Shown: piece by piece, positions 1-16,766 of the stretch
Position numbering within the stretch: position 1 is the stretch's first letter
Layout: the number at the start of each line of letters is the position of its first letter
NCBI RefSeq assembly: GCF_009914755.1
Contig: NC_060929.1
Length of the DNA stretch: 64,000 nucleotides
Origin: the human T2T-CHM13v2.0 reference genome, Homo sapiens
Direction: 5' to 3' (one strand)
Position numbers and translations under genes: made by a program
Notes under the pieces: generated by a model
Told to the model about the DNA's origin: nothing
The model's input: only the letters and a program-made list of their open reading frames with translations
Database searches by the model: none

Positions 1-283
1 AAAAGAAAAAGGAAAAATAAAGTCTTGCCTTTTCTGCTTCCTGAGCATGCAAGTAGCAGTTCCACATTGTCCCCTCATGAGAGTCTGGCCCCAAACATCA
101 CACCGCAGGCTGACTGCCAACCCATTTTGTGTAGAATTGGCAGGAGTTCACTTTGGCAAAGGAATGATCTGTTTCTTTCTCAACCTAAGGCTTTTACAAG
201 CTTCATGTTGCATCTGCTCTGTCCAATAGGTTGCCATTATTCTGCCCTGACCACCACCGCATTCTGATTTACTTAGTGTGTGA

Positions 284-585
<302 letters not shown>

Positions 586-814
586 AACTGGCTGTTCTTG
601 AGTGTCCATTGCCTCTCCTAAATCTGTGTAGTCTGCTTACAAACATTCGAAGTGAACACAGATCTGAGAGTTGGGTCAGTCTTGTCAGAATATGATAGAA
701 AACTTAAAAAAAACTCATATTTTCTTATTTTGGTAATATCTTATTTAACAAGTTTTGTTTGAAACGAAGGACATTTATACTAATCTCATTGCTTCCTTGA
801 GATATTCCTCAGTT

Positions 815-1015
815 AATCAGTGGTGTAATGATTAAGTACCTGGTCTGTGTAATCAACTGTAATTTTGTATAATTTCTGGCCACATAAATTTCCAAGCAAC
901 TGTGTGCAAATAACCACTCCTACTTTCACCTGTGTCATCTCTAAAGATGGGGATAGAAGTACAATTTAATGATATAGTTTACAAACAGTATTTAGCACAT
1001 TGCCTGGCTCTTCGT
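815..1015 (+). mobile_element. MIR SINE
   Basis: MIR core-like catctctaaagatggggatag and tail ttagcacattgcctggc. Confidence 0.6.
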
Positions 1016-1020
1016 GCTTC

Positions 1021-1069
1021 ATGATGACGATGTGGATGATGATGATGATGATGATGATGATGGTGATGA
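1021..1069. repeat. (GAT)n trinucleotide microsatellite
   Basis: Imperfect gat run read directly; gives the poly-Ile ORF 966-1151(-). Confidence 0.95.
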
Positions 1070-1784
1070 CAATTAAGTGATTCCAGTTAGAAGCAAAGGT
1101 AGGAAAATTAAAAAAAAAAAACCTCTCAGTGCTTAAGCATACTTTGGTCACTACGTAGCAGAATCATAATGAAATAATAAAATGCAGCCCTGAATGAAAT
1201 CTTTTGCCACTTCCTCATTTACAGGTAAGGAAATTAAGACTTATAGTTAAAGAGAGAGACCCTGACTTTAGAATTAGCAGCAGAGCCAAGAACAAAACCC
1301 CAAATCCTTATCCAGGTATCTAAAGTTCTTGTTTTTTCCTCTATATTGTGTTATTTCTGTCTGAAAAACTTCTTTTATCCTTTGCTCCAAACATTTTTAA
1401 AAAGTAAACATTGCAAGTAGAAAACAGATACTAAGGCCAAATTTAGAGAAGAAAGAAAAAAGAAAGAGAGAGACGGAGAGCAGCGAGAGAGGGAGAGAAT
1501 ATTCTTAATTCTCACATTGCCACAAGCTCATTAAAATCTACCTTCATTAACTCTTCAAGAAAAGTGGTCTTGGATAAGAGCCAAGACTATAAGAATATCT
1601 TGGGTTTCATTATTTGCTAGATCTGTATTGGGGAATTAGATTGGACCATACATAACCTGTAAAGGCTTCTTTTTCCTATTCTAAAAGCATTCTTGAGTGT
1701 GATTCTTCAACCTTATCTCAAGACTGAACCTGCTTTCTGTTTTGTCTTATGTAGTAGAATTGTTGGTTAACTACCAGAAAGCCA

Positions 1785-2205
1785 TACTCATCTCTTTCTC
1801 CTTTACCTATTCACAACAGAAAGTCAGGTAATCTCTTTTTCAGCTTCCTTGAAGACAAAGGGTAACCAAGAACAGCTGCAGAGGTGCCTACTGGGGAGCT
1901 TTTAAGTACCTTAAAAAAGGGAATAAGATGAGAAAAAAACTCATTCCCCATTCTTTAAAAAGCTTTGAGCATGAAAATACTATCTGGAGCTAAGGCAGCC
2001 ATTTTTCCCCACGAGTCAATAAAAATGAGAACAATCAGCCAACAGATAAGAATAGTGGAGTGGAAAGATAGAAATTGAATCCTTGATAATATCATGGAAT
2101 TGCTGACCTATCTTGAGACTACTTATTCTCAGGCTTGTTAAGTGAAAATAAATGTTATATTTTAAGTCACTGTTAGTTGGTTTCTCTTTTGCTTGTAGCC
2201 AGATA
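1785..2205 (+). mobile_element. MLT1-family MaLR solo LTR (old)
   Basis: ctggagctaaggcagccattt internally; typical 3' end tttaagtcactgttagttggtttctcttttgcttgtagcc. Confidence 0.6.
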
Positions 2206-3050
2206 AAGGTAATATATGTAAATGAAACTTTCAGATTGGGAGTGTTAGGCATGTGTATAGCATCTCCATCTAAGCAGAGGAAGGTTCTGAGTTCCTCATA
2301 CCTCATCAGCTTCAGGGAAGGGAAGAAAATATGGAAAGCGATTCATGGAAATGATCTAAAGAAGATTTGGAAAGCAAAAAGATTTCTTGCCTCAGTATAG
2401 GTCTCATTCTAATATGGTTAATACCACCATTTAACCTCCCAGCATAACAGTTTGATGATCTACCTTCAGGAGATAGCCTTGAACATATTGCAAGCCATAT
2501 AAAAATCAGCCTGATAGGATTTCAGTGAGCTTTACAGATAAAGAATTCTGACTTGTTTATCTTGATATTGTTTTTAATTTCCTGATTATAGATAAAATAT
2601 CTATACCAAAAGTCACATTTCATGTGCTCAGCTGCATGTACCATGACAAATGGACCCTTACTGAAGATGTTGGATGGCCTTGAGGGCCACTCAGAGACAA
2701 TCAACATGTCAGTGCATACATCTATTTTAAAAGTGCTCTTGGAGATTTCTTCAAAATTTGTTTCATACAGACTTTGTGGAAAGCGATTTTGTTTTCTTTC
2801 AGTGTAATGAAATTATACAGCAAACCTAAAACTTGGTGAACCAAGGAGTACAAACAGGAATGTGGATTCACACTGAAACAACAGCAGCAAAAGGAAAAAA
2901 AGGCAGGAGGTGGGGAGTGAGAGCGTGGGCGGGGAGAAAGGAGGGAGGAGATCCTATTAAGACAAAAACAAAAAAACACAAGAACACACACACACAAAGT
3001 AAAAACAAATAAGCAGAACTGAAGATTCTGTTCTTCTCTCTTCCAAGGGC

Positions 3051-3081
<31 letters not shown>

Positions 3082-3224
3082 CAAGAAAAGGAAATGCAGG
3101 ACTTGAGGCTGCATCCCTCAGAGCCATAGGTACAAATGGGTGACAGGAAGGCATAGACCCTTTGACCCTGTAATTGCACTTCAGGGTACTCTAGACTTAC
3201 AACTGATGTTAAGTAAAAGATGGT

Positions 3225-3715
3225 TGCAAATTATTTACTATGTTTATGGAGAGGTAGAATCTAATTCTCCTCTCTTGGACTTTGGGCTGGTGTTAGTGGA
3301 GTTCTTGACCAGTAGAAAGTAGCAAAAGTGATGTTATGGGACTTCTAAGGTTAGATCATAAAACACCTTGCAGTTTCCATCTGGACTTCTTAGGATATTT
3401 TTTTTTTGAATTCGGAGTTACCAACTGGGGAGCCCAAAAATACTAATACTACCATTCTGAACAGATTACACATAGGTATTCCTATCAAGAGCCTGCTGAG
3501 TCGAGCTTCCCAGGATTTCCTGTCTAGGTGCCAGTCCTAGAAGGGAAGCAACCTTAGACACTGGACCCTAAATACCACTTAGTGACTTCCATTCACGGCA
3601 TATGTAATAGAAGAGTCACCCATGAATTCCTGTCACAAAATCTCAATACAGAATAAATTATTGTTTTAAGTTACTACATTTTGTGGTAGTAGGTTTTGTA
3701 GCAATACATAAGTTA
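3225..3715 (+). mobile_element. MLT1-family MaLR solo LTR
   Basis: gaggtagaatctaattctcctctcttggactttgggctgg at start; aataaattattgttttaagttactacattttgtggtag...gtagcaatacata at end. Confidence 0.7.
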
Positions 3716-3719
3716 AAAA

Positions 3720-3938
3720 AGACATATATGCAGGAATCTTCACTGAAACATTGTCTGTAAAATGTAAAGTCTGTGAACAATTTAAATTCCATTTATAAGG
3801 GACTAGTTAAGAAATTTATAGCAAACCCATATAAAAACTACCATGTGTCTGGCTGTTGAAATGATTAGAATAAATACATGTATTTTATGAAATAACGACA
3901 AGAAGCCAATATCATTACAAATTAAAAAATAATACATA
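3720..3938 (+). mobile_element. Old L1ME-type 3' fragment, host of the L1PA insertion; resumes at ~10053-10140
   Basis: Degenerate L1M ORF2-end/3'UTR motifs; continues as tagtatgaattc after the L1PA. Confidence 0.55.
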
Positions 3939-3950
3939 GGAGGGAGGAGC

Positions 3951-3960
3951 CAAGATGGCC
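3951..3960 (+). promoter_or_regulatory. L1 5'UTR YY1 site
   Basis: Intact CAAGATGGCC at about +13 of the L1. Confidence 0.8.
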
Positions 3961-4950
3961 GAATAGGAACAGCTCCCCTCTACAGCTCCCAGCGTGAGTG
4001 ACGCAGAAGACAGGTGATTTCTGCATTTCCAACTGAGGTACCAGGTTCATCTCACTGGGGTGTGCCAGACAGTGGGTGCAGCGCACTGTGCATGAGCCAA
4101 AGTAGGGTGAGCCATTGCCTCACCCAGGAAGTGCAAGGGGTCAGGGAATTCCCTTTCCTAGTCAAAGAAAGGGGTGACAGACGGCACCTGGAAAATCATG
4201 TCACTCCCACTCTAATACTGCGCTTTCCCAACGGGCTTAAAAAACGGCATACCAGGAGATTATATCCTGCACCTGGCTCAGAGGGTCCTACGCCCACAGA
4301 GTCTCACTCATGGCTAGCACAGCAGTCTGAGATCAAACTGCAAGGTGGCAGTGAGGCTGGGGGAGGGGCGCTTGCCTTTGTGGAGACTTGATTAGGTAAA
4401 CAAAGCAGCCAGGAAGCTCCAACTGGGTGGAGCCCACCACAGCTCAAGGAGGCCTGCCTGCCTCTGTAGGCTCCACCTCTGGGGGCAGGGCACAGACAAA
4501 AAGACAGCAGTAACCTCTGCAGACTTAAATGTCCCTGTCTGACAGCTTTGAAGAGAGTGGTGGTTCTCCCAGCATGCAACTTGAGATCTGAGAACAGGCA
4601 GACTGCCTCCTCAAGTGGGTCCCTGACCCCCGAGTAGCCTAACTGGGAGGCACCCCCCAGTAGGGGCAGACTGACACCTCACATGGCCGGGTACTCCTCT
4701 GAGACAAAACTTCCAGAGGAACGATCAGGCAGCAGCATTTGGAGTTCACCAATATCCGCTGTTCTGCAGCCACTGCTCCTGATACCCAGGAAAACAGGGT
4801 CTAGAGTGGACCTCTAGCAAACTCCAACAGACCTGCAGTTGGGGGGCCTGTCTGTTAGAAGGAAAACTAACAAACAGGAAGGACATCCACACCAAAAACC
4901 CATCGGTACGTCACCATCATTAAAGACGAAAGGTAGATAAAACCACAAAG

Positions 4951-5972
4951 ATGGGGAAAAAACAGAGCAGAAAAACTGGAAACTCTAAAAATCACAGCCC
5001 CTCTCCTCCTCCAAAGGAACGCAGCTACTCACCAGCAATGGAACAAAGATGGACAGAGAATGACTTTGACGAGTTGAGAGAAGAAGGCTTCAGACGATCA
5101 AACTATTCCGAGCTAAAGGAGGACATTAGAACCAATGGCAAAGAAATTAAAAACTTTGAAAAAAAATTTGACGAATGGATAACTAGAATAACCAATGCAG
5201 AGAAGTCCTTAAAGGACCTGATGGAGCTGAAAACCAAGGCACGACAACTACGTGATGAATGCAGAAGCCTCAGTAGCCGATGTGATCAACTGGAAGAAAG
5301 GGTATCAGTGATGGAATACAAAATGAATGAAATGAAGTCAGAAGAGAAGTTTAGAGAAAAAAGAATAAAAAGAAATGAACAAAGCCGCCAAGAAATATGA
5401 GACTATGTGAAAAGACCAAATCTGCGTCTAATTAGTGTATCTGAAAGTGACGGGGACAATAGAACCAAGTTGGAAAACACTCTGCAGGATATTATCCAGG
5501 AGAACTTCCCCAATATAGCAAGGCAGGCCAACATTCAGATTCAGGAAAAACAGAGAACACCACGAAGATACTCCTCGAGAAGAGCAAGTCCAAGACACAA
5601 AATTGTCAGATTCACCAAAGTTGAAATGAAGGAAAAAATGTTAAGGGCAGCCAGAGAGAAGGGTCGGGTTACCCTCAAAGGGAAGCCCATCAGACTAACA
5701 GCTGGTCTCTCAGCAGAAACTCTACAAGCCAGAAGAGAGTGGGGGCCAATATTCAACATTCTTAAAGAAAAGAATTTTCAACTCAGAATTTCATATCCAG
5801 CCAAACTAAGCTTCATAAGTGAAGGAGAAATAAAATCCTTTAGAGACAAGCAAATGCTGAGAGATTTTGTCACCACCAGGCCTGCCCTAAAAGAGCTCCT
5901 GAACGAAGCACTAAACATGGAAAGGAACAACCGGTATCAGCCACTGCAAAAACATGCCAAATTGGAAAGACC
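4951..5972 (+). pseudogene. L1 ORF1p, disrupted
   Basis: MGKKQSRKTGNSKN... matches ORF1p; premature TGA at 5398-5400 (Trp codon); native stop changed to GAA so the frame runs to 6003. Confidence 0.95.
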
Positions 5973-6030
5973 ATCAAGGCCAGGAAGAAACTGCATCAAC
6001 TAACAAGCAAAATAGCCAGCTGATATCATA

Positions 6031-9724
<3,694 letters not shown>

Positions 9725-10399
9725 ACAATGAGAACACATGGACACAGGAAGGGGAACATCACACACCGGGGACTGTTGTGGGATGGGGGGAGGGGGGAGG
9801 GATAGCATTAGGAGATATACCTAATGCTAAATGACGAGTTAATCGGTGCAGCACACCAACATGGCATATGTATACATATGTAAGAAACCTGCACGTTGTG
9901 CACATGTACCCTAAAACTTAAAATATAATAATAATAAAATTTAAAAAAAAACAAGGTTAGATCACACTGTTAAATCATACGTTAAAATAAATCCCAGATA
10001 GATTTATGCTTTAATGAACACTGTAAACATGCTAAAATAAAAAAAATACATATAGTATGAATTCACACACATGGATATGTTTGAATAGGTGTGTGTATCA
10101 CATACATTTACAAGTCTACACACAAAATTGTTTGTGGCTTTAGCATCACAGGAATGATTTTTCTCCCCTATTGCCAGTTTGTTTAATGTTATTGTTTCCA
10201 GATAATTTTACTGTTTTCATTTACCTCGTTTAAACATTATATATGTATTCAGAAATTTGGGAAATCAACAAAAGATAGAAAAAAAGCAGATACTACAATT
10301 CTTCTTTCCAAAGACACTCTTTATACTCTAGTCTTTTTCTATATAGAGGTTTCATTTTTAATGAGGTTCAAGTGTTACATTGCTTTACATCTGTATACA

Positions 10400-11480
10400 T
10401 TTGGGATTTCCAGATTTAACATGATAGCATCTGCAAATAATTATTTTACTTTCTCCTTTCCAAGTTTCACTAGCTAGACTTAGGACAATATTCCATATTA
10501 ATGGTGTCTTCCTGTGGCTTTGGGTTAAGTGCCACATTGTCTCTTGGTCTCAGTTTGATACTTTTCATGTTGAGAAAGCATCTTTACTTCCGTATATTAA
10601 AATCTTATACTAGCTAATCGTCCTTGATTTTTATTGTTGCCTTTTTGATGATCCAATGGAAAACATTATGTTATTTTTCTTACTTAACTAATCTATGTGA
10701 CAAATTTTATTAGTAGATTTCATAATGATTAATAGTTTAATTCTTGGACTACAGACCATTTTGTAATAGTCTATTTAGGATTTTACATGTCTACAGTTAT
10801 AAATAATTGGATACACATATTTATTTTCTGTATATCTCAGACAGTTTTGTCACAGTAGTTATTGCTTTATAAAGTGAATTTGGTAACATTCCACTTTTTA
10901 AATCTATGTTTTGCACCATTTCTTTAAGCATAGACATTTGTGTCTTGAAAACTTCAAATAAGTCAAGTGTAAAAGCATCTGTCTCTGAAGATGCTTTTCT
11001 GTGCTAAGTTTTTGACTTTTTTTTTTTTTTGCTTTAAGTTTTCTTTTCTTAAATTCTTATCGAATTAGTTTTGGATATTTGTATGTTTTTCTTTAGAAAA
11101 TTGTATTTTCTTGAGGTAATTAAATATATTAGCATAAATTTTTCTCAGAAAAATCTTACCTTATAACATATTTTATAATTGTTAAAAATATTCTTTTTCA
11201 TTTTCAAAATAATTTGATCAGTTTTTTCTGTATAATTAATGTCTCATATTGATCATATCCATTGTTTTGTTTTATATTTATTTCTGCTTAAAGCATCATT
11301 ATTTCCTTCTGACTTATTTAGATTTTGTTTATTTTTCTTCCTATTTATTAAGTCCTTAATAAAATATTTCATTTATTTCAAAAATAGTGAAAATAACATT
11401 TACTCTGCGTATAGCTTTGGTTGCATCTCATATATCTGACGCAAGTGTTATCTCTTACTCATTCTGCTCATGTAAACTCA
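10400..11480 (-). mobile_element. Ancient L1M fragment
   Basis: T-rich antisense L1 motifs such as catctgcaaataattattttactttctcctttcc and ataaagtgaatttggtaacattcc. Confidence 0.55.
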
Positions 11481-12914
11481 ACTATTTTCTTGAATAATAG
11501 TTATTTGCAAAAGGTGCATAGAAAAATTGTGGATGTGACAATCTTTCAGAAATAGAAGAAGAAATACAGACCTACTGAAATATAGTATCTTAATTCACCA
11601 TAAGATGTAAAAGAGAGTAATGACATTTGGGGTCACATAGGTAAGTACTACTGAACTAGAGCAAAAATTTTAAGCATCTATTGATGGAACAAAAATGCAT
11701 ATGGACAATTACTGGCATATGATCAATTCCCAGTGATTATTACACAGCAACCAAGCTCTCTGATTCTATCTCTAAAATCTTTTAAAAATAGTTTAAATTT
11801 TTTTTCATTTAATAATTCTGCTAATGATGTACATACACTTAGGACACCAATAAAAACCTTATTTTTTTCTTAAGTAAATGAGATAATAAACCTTTCTCTT
11901 TTTTGGCTTTTTCGTTTAATACCAGATATAAATAAATTATTGAAATTTCCCAGATAATGCATGCAATTGTTTTGGATAAATCAGTGGGATAACATTTTCT
12001 TTTATATTTAGTTATCAAAATAGATTGAGGGCAAGTAAATTTAGGGAGACTGACTTTCTTTGTACTTTCTTTATAATTGGCCAGAATTTTTTCTGTTACA
12101 GAATTAGCTTGTTATTTACATGCCAAATATACATTTTTTAGTGCTTGTTCCCAAGAATGTTCTTTCACATCAATAATAAAATAATTAGGTTGATAAATTT
12201 AAGAACCATTTTAAATCAAATAACTTCACTTAAGTATGTGCATAAAGGCTAGAGCTTGTCAAAATTTCCCTCTCCCTTCTTTCTCTGTGTGTGTGCATCA
12301 GCCTGAATATATTAGTTATTCTATGCTTTTGGGAGTATTTTTGCTGACAAGTTAAAAGTTTATCAAGACTATTTTTGTGTTTACTTTATTGAGGAGTAAA
12401 TGGTTACATAACTAGCAAAAGCAAGATCTGAAAAGCACAGCAATTTTAAAAATTGACACCAACAGTATTTAAACAGTGTGGTTCCTTCCTTATATTTCTA
12501 AACCTCTCGAAAGATGACTGTAAGTTCGTTGATTTGGCTATAAACCCTGGGGACATTCTTATTTTATCTAGAAAGATATTGTCAAATTCTTCCCCTAAGA
12601 ACTGATTCAAGTATAAATTTTACTCTATGGTGTGTACATCTTAACAGCCATTCACAAGCAATGATATCATCACCATTTCTTCTTTATTGATGGCTGAATT
12701 AAAAAATTAAAAAAGCTATTCAAGCTGTCATACTTCTAGACATAAACTATATATTTATATAACTAATTTAAGTCACAACTTTACTATAATTAGATAATGA
12801 AAATAAATGCTTCAAGAACAGCACAGATGAAAAATTTTATTGATTTGGTTTTACATGTAAATTAGTATATTACATTATTTTTCTGGAAGGCAATGCAATA
12901 TTCAGGAATGATCT

Positions 12915-13100
12915 ATTTTAAAGTAATGTTCTGATATTAACTGTGGGATTTTGGATATATTACTTAACAGTTTTGATCTTTGCTTTCCTCATTTGTAAAA
13001 TAATAAGCACAGTAATGCTCACCTTTTTGTGGGGAATAATACAATTATGTGTAAAGAGTATCATATATAATAGTAGGCGTTCAATAAATGGTGGCTACTC
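12915..13100 (+). mobile_element. MIR SINE
   Basis: tttcctcatttgtaaaat core; tagtaggcgttcaataaatggtggct tail. Confidence 0.65.
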
Positions 13101-13409
13101 TCAATGATTTAGATACTTGGAGGTTTTTCCATAAAATACAATAAATTTTTAAAAAATTTTCTAAGAATGATTGTTTATAAACACAAAAATTGTAGATCAA
13201 GAATTATGTCTATCTGAAAACACATATATGCAATCTTATTTTGAAAATAAAAAATTGCCAGCTACATAATAGTTCTCTGCATGTGTAATAAATACACCAT
13301 GAATTTTATTTTAGGGTGATTAATTTTATTTAAGAAAGTAAAATTAAGTGGTTCCGAGTACATCTTTAAAACATTGTAATTAAAATATCACCAGCTGTTT
13401 TTCAATTGA

Positions 13410-13610
13410 AGTAGTTTTCTCCAGACTTGCCTGATCATGGGAGTCCTCTGGGTTGGGGGCAAGATGGATTTCTTGAGAATATAGAGTCCTAGAGTCCCCT
13501 GTAGACTTGCCAAAAATATTGAGATACTTGGCACAGGATTATTAATTATTTTTTAGCAGGGTATTACGTATTTCTAAAATGTTTTAAGATTAGGAAAGTT
13601 GGGGAAAATT
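13410..13610. mobile_element. MER5-like hAT-Charlie MITE
   Basis: Degenerate inverted termini agtagttttctccagactt ... aagttggggaaaattg. Confidence 0.4.
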
Positions 13611-14197
13611 GAATGGAAAATATTTCCAAATAATATGGCTATCGATATGAATTAATGATTGTAAATGCTTTTTTAAAACAGGCATCAGAAATGGTAAGAA
13701 CTCTTATATTAAATAACATCATTCAATAGATCAATTTGTCCTGTTATTCAGGTTGCATTTCAAAGCTGGCAGGCCCATCAGAAGTCTGTGTCATTGCTTT
13801 AAACAAGATATTCCATACAACATAACTGATGTTTTCTACAGGTGACAGGATGGTGTCAGTGCATGTTCTGAAAATTGTCTAAGTTAAATACTACCCATGC
13901 TTAATAGAATGACAGTTTGGGGTCTCAATGAAGTACTTGTCTGAGCAGTTGAAAGAAACCTTGATGAAAATGGTAACTTTGTCAGCAAGTATAACTGTGA
14001 CCTTCTAGAAGGGTGAGAATTATTCCTTTCAAAATAGAATTTTGACTTCCTCAACTGCCAGGCTTATATCAAAATAAGGGTATGGTTTTTCTCTTAAGTT
14101 ATGATATAGAATTTTAGCACTGCTATTCCTGGATGGAAAACCATAACCGATAACGAAGTCTCAACCAAACATGAATAGAAACAAAATGCTATCTATC

Positions 14198-14555
14198 TGA
14201 TATGGTTTTCTCTGTGTCCCCCGCCAAATCTCATCTCAAATTGTAATCCCCACATGTGGAGGAAGGGACATAGTGGGAGGTGATTGGATCATGGGGGCAG
14301 TTTCCCTCCTGTTGTTCTCATGATAGTGAGTGAGTTCTCACAAGAGCTGATGGTTTTAGAGTGTGGCACTTCCTCATGCTCTCGCTCTCTTGTCTGCCGC
14401 CATGCAAGATGTGCCTTGCTTCCCCAAGCCTACTGCCATGATTATAAGTTCCTCCCTAGCCATGTGAAACTGTCAGTCAATTAAACCTCTTCCGTTTATA
14501 AATTACCTAGTCTCAGGTAGTATCTTCATAGCAGTGTTGAGGATAGACTAATACA
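14198..14555 (+). mobile_element. MSTA-type MaLR solo LTR
   Basis: tgatatggtttt...ccaaatctcatctcaaattgtaatcccca to gactaataca; TG..CA ends; 5-bp TSD ctatc/ttatc. Confidence 0.9.
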
Positions 14556-15489
14556 TTATCCTCTTTCTCTGAGTATTGTTTTGGTTCAACAGTTCTATGG
14601 CACATATTATTCTAAGAGGCTGGACTCAACTCCACCTAAGAGTAGGAATGGGCTAGGAGTGGGAGGACAGTTGGCAAAGCTTTCCCGGAAAGGAACATTG
14701 ATTTTTGTGAGGAAGTTTATTCTTGGTGGTTGAGTAGATATTATCCAGGAGATCAAGGAAAGGTAGAGAATGGCCATACCCAAGGTAAGTCAGATCACTC
14801 ACAGCATGAGAAATGTTCAGAGCCTAGAAATAAACACAAACTCATGCATATATTCCAGTTTTTTGAACCCATTTTATTTGCCTATACCAATGAAGCTATA
14901 TAGGGGACAGGTATATAATAAAGTACTGAAAGAATAATCTGTGATATTTTGTACCTGAGTCTTAAATTTTTCTCGAGAGTTTTAACTAACCAAAAACCAC
15001 TGCTATCATAAAAACTAGTGTCAAATGTCAAAAGTTGAAAATATAACATTCTTTACTTATTAAATTCTAATCTTTTGGCAATTTCCCCTAAATTATCCAA
15101 TTTCCCGTTTTCAAGAAATATAATTAGGCACTCTTGGCCTTTTAATTTAAATTTTATTCATTACAATAAATTATAATTTTTATTCATAAATTAATCAAAA
15201 GAGAAACTTAGGCACTATAATCTTTCTATATCTACCACATATTCTTTTATCCTTCTACAACATTATGACTCTTCTGGATGTCTATTTCCACTACACAGTT
15301 TATTCCATATTAATGCTCTTCATTCTGATGTAGCATGTCTTATTTAATTAACCACCTTGCTGTTGTGCTTTCCCATATCATTTGATTTTTCCCATTGGTC
15401 ACTATGCTTATTCACACTGCTTTAGACATTAGACAAAATAATCCTGGATAAAAATTGTTTCCTAAGTGTGCTAACTTTATTATTATTTT

Positions 15490-15868
15490 TTTTCCAAATT
15501 CATTCTCCATCTTTCTCTGAGTCATTGCACATGAAGTTGTGTTTCCAGTTGGGCTGGACCAATTGAGGACGTCAGAAGGTAGGGGGAGAGAGAGGTATCA
15601 GGATACTTCTTCCCTACTATTTCACTGCCTGGCACTGCATTCCTGACCACAGGTAGCTCTGAAGACTTCATACTCCTTGGCTCTACCTGTTTTGCATTCT
15701 GTTAAAACCATTTCAAACCTTTTTCTATCAGCCCTGGCAGTGGTAATGATATTGTGTTGCTCCTAGCCTTTGTTCCTTGTTTTGTTTTTGTTCTTAATCT
15801 TGTCTTTCATTAAATCTTATTTGAACCATCTAGGAAATATTCTCTCAACAGGGCCTCAGACTGACGCA
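15490..15868 (+). mobile_element. LTR33-like ERVL LTR (old)
   Basis: agttgggctggaccaattgagg internally; tttcattaaatc...cctcagactgacgca at 3' end. Confidence 0.5.
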
Positions 15869-16439
15869 GCTTAAAAAAAATCAAGAATGCTAAAAGTTAT
15901 AATAATGCAATTTTAATTTTAAAAATCTTATGACTGTGGTTTATGTATACATTTTCAAGCTAAATGTCATATGCAAATATCTACAGAATCTCTGTTTCGT
16001 ATTGACTTATGTTGATAATGTGTAGCTTCTCAGATAAAGTACACCTTATGAGCAAATAACAGCAAGGGATCAATAATTAGTTTTCACTTTCACCTTGGTT
16101 CCATTTCAGACATTTCTTTTCACAGAAAAAATAGCTGCTGGTCGTAAGAGCTGCTATTAATAATTCCTTCAGCTTTTTCAGGTTGGATTTTGTTCTCAAT
16201 TATTTAAATTGAGTCAAAGATATTGAAATATAGAAATATCCTTCAAAAGTAATGTTTTGAAGTGTCAAAAGTAGATTTTTTGAGAATTGATAACATTATT
16301 TGCAGTTCACTTAAAATTAAAAGACTCCCCAAATCAAAAACTTAGAGATTAAAGAGGATTAAAGATCCTATTGTGGTAATATTAAATATAATAATATAAA
16401 TATATACATATAAATAATATATGTAACCATCTTATCAAC

Positions 16440-16766
16440 CAGCACTCTCTAATAGACATAAAAAAGACCCACAAATAAAAGCCATATGTATAAATTTAAA
16501 ATTTATAGTAGTCACATTTTTAAAAGGTAAAAAAGAAACAGGTGAAATTAATTTTAATAATATATTTTATTTAACTCAATGTGTCTAAAATATTATTTCT
16601 ACACCATCAACATCATTCATGAAATCCTTTACATTCTTTTTTCATGTTGTGTCTTTAGAATCCAGTGTGTATTTTACATTTCAGGTGCATCTCCATTCAG
16701 ACAAGCCACATTTCAAGTTTTCAAGAGCTGTATGTGAACAGAGGCAACTATATTGAACAGCATAGC
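16440..16766. mobile_element. MER33 hAT-Charlie DNA transposon
   Basis: aaaaagaaacaggtgaaattaattttaataatatattttatttaac and gccacatttcaagt match recalled MER33. Confidence 0.85.

Noticed and set aside
2722-3179. Hydrophobic Phe-rich ORFs of 65-130 aa on the minus strand
   Set aside because: Translations of poly(T) and T-rich low-complexity sequence; no domain or exon structure.
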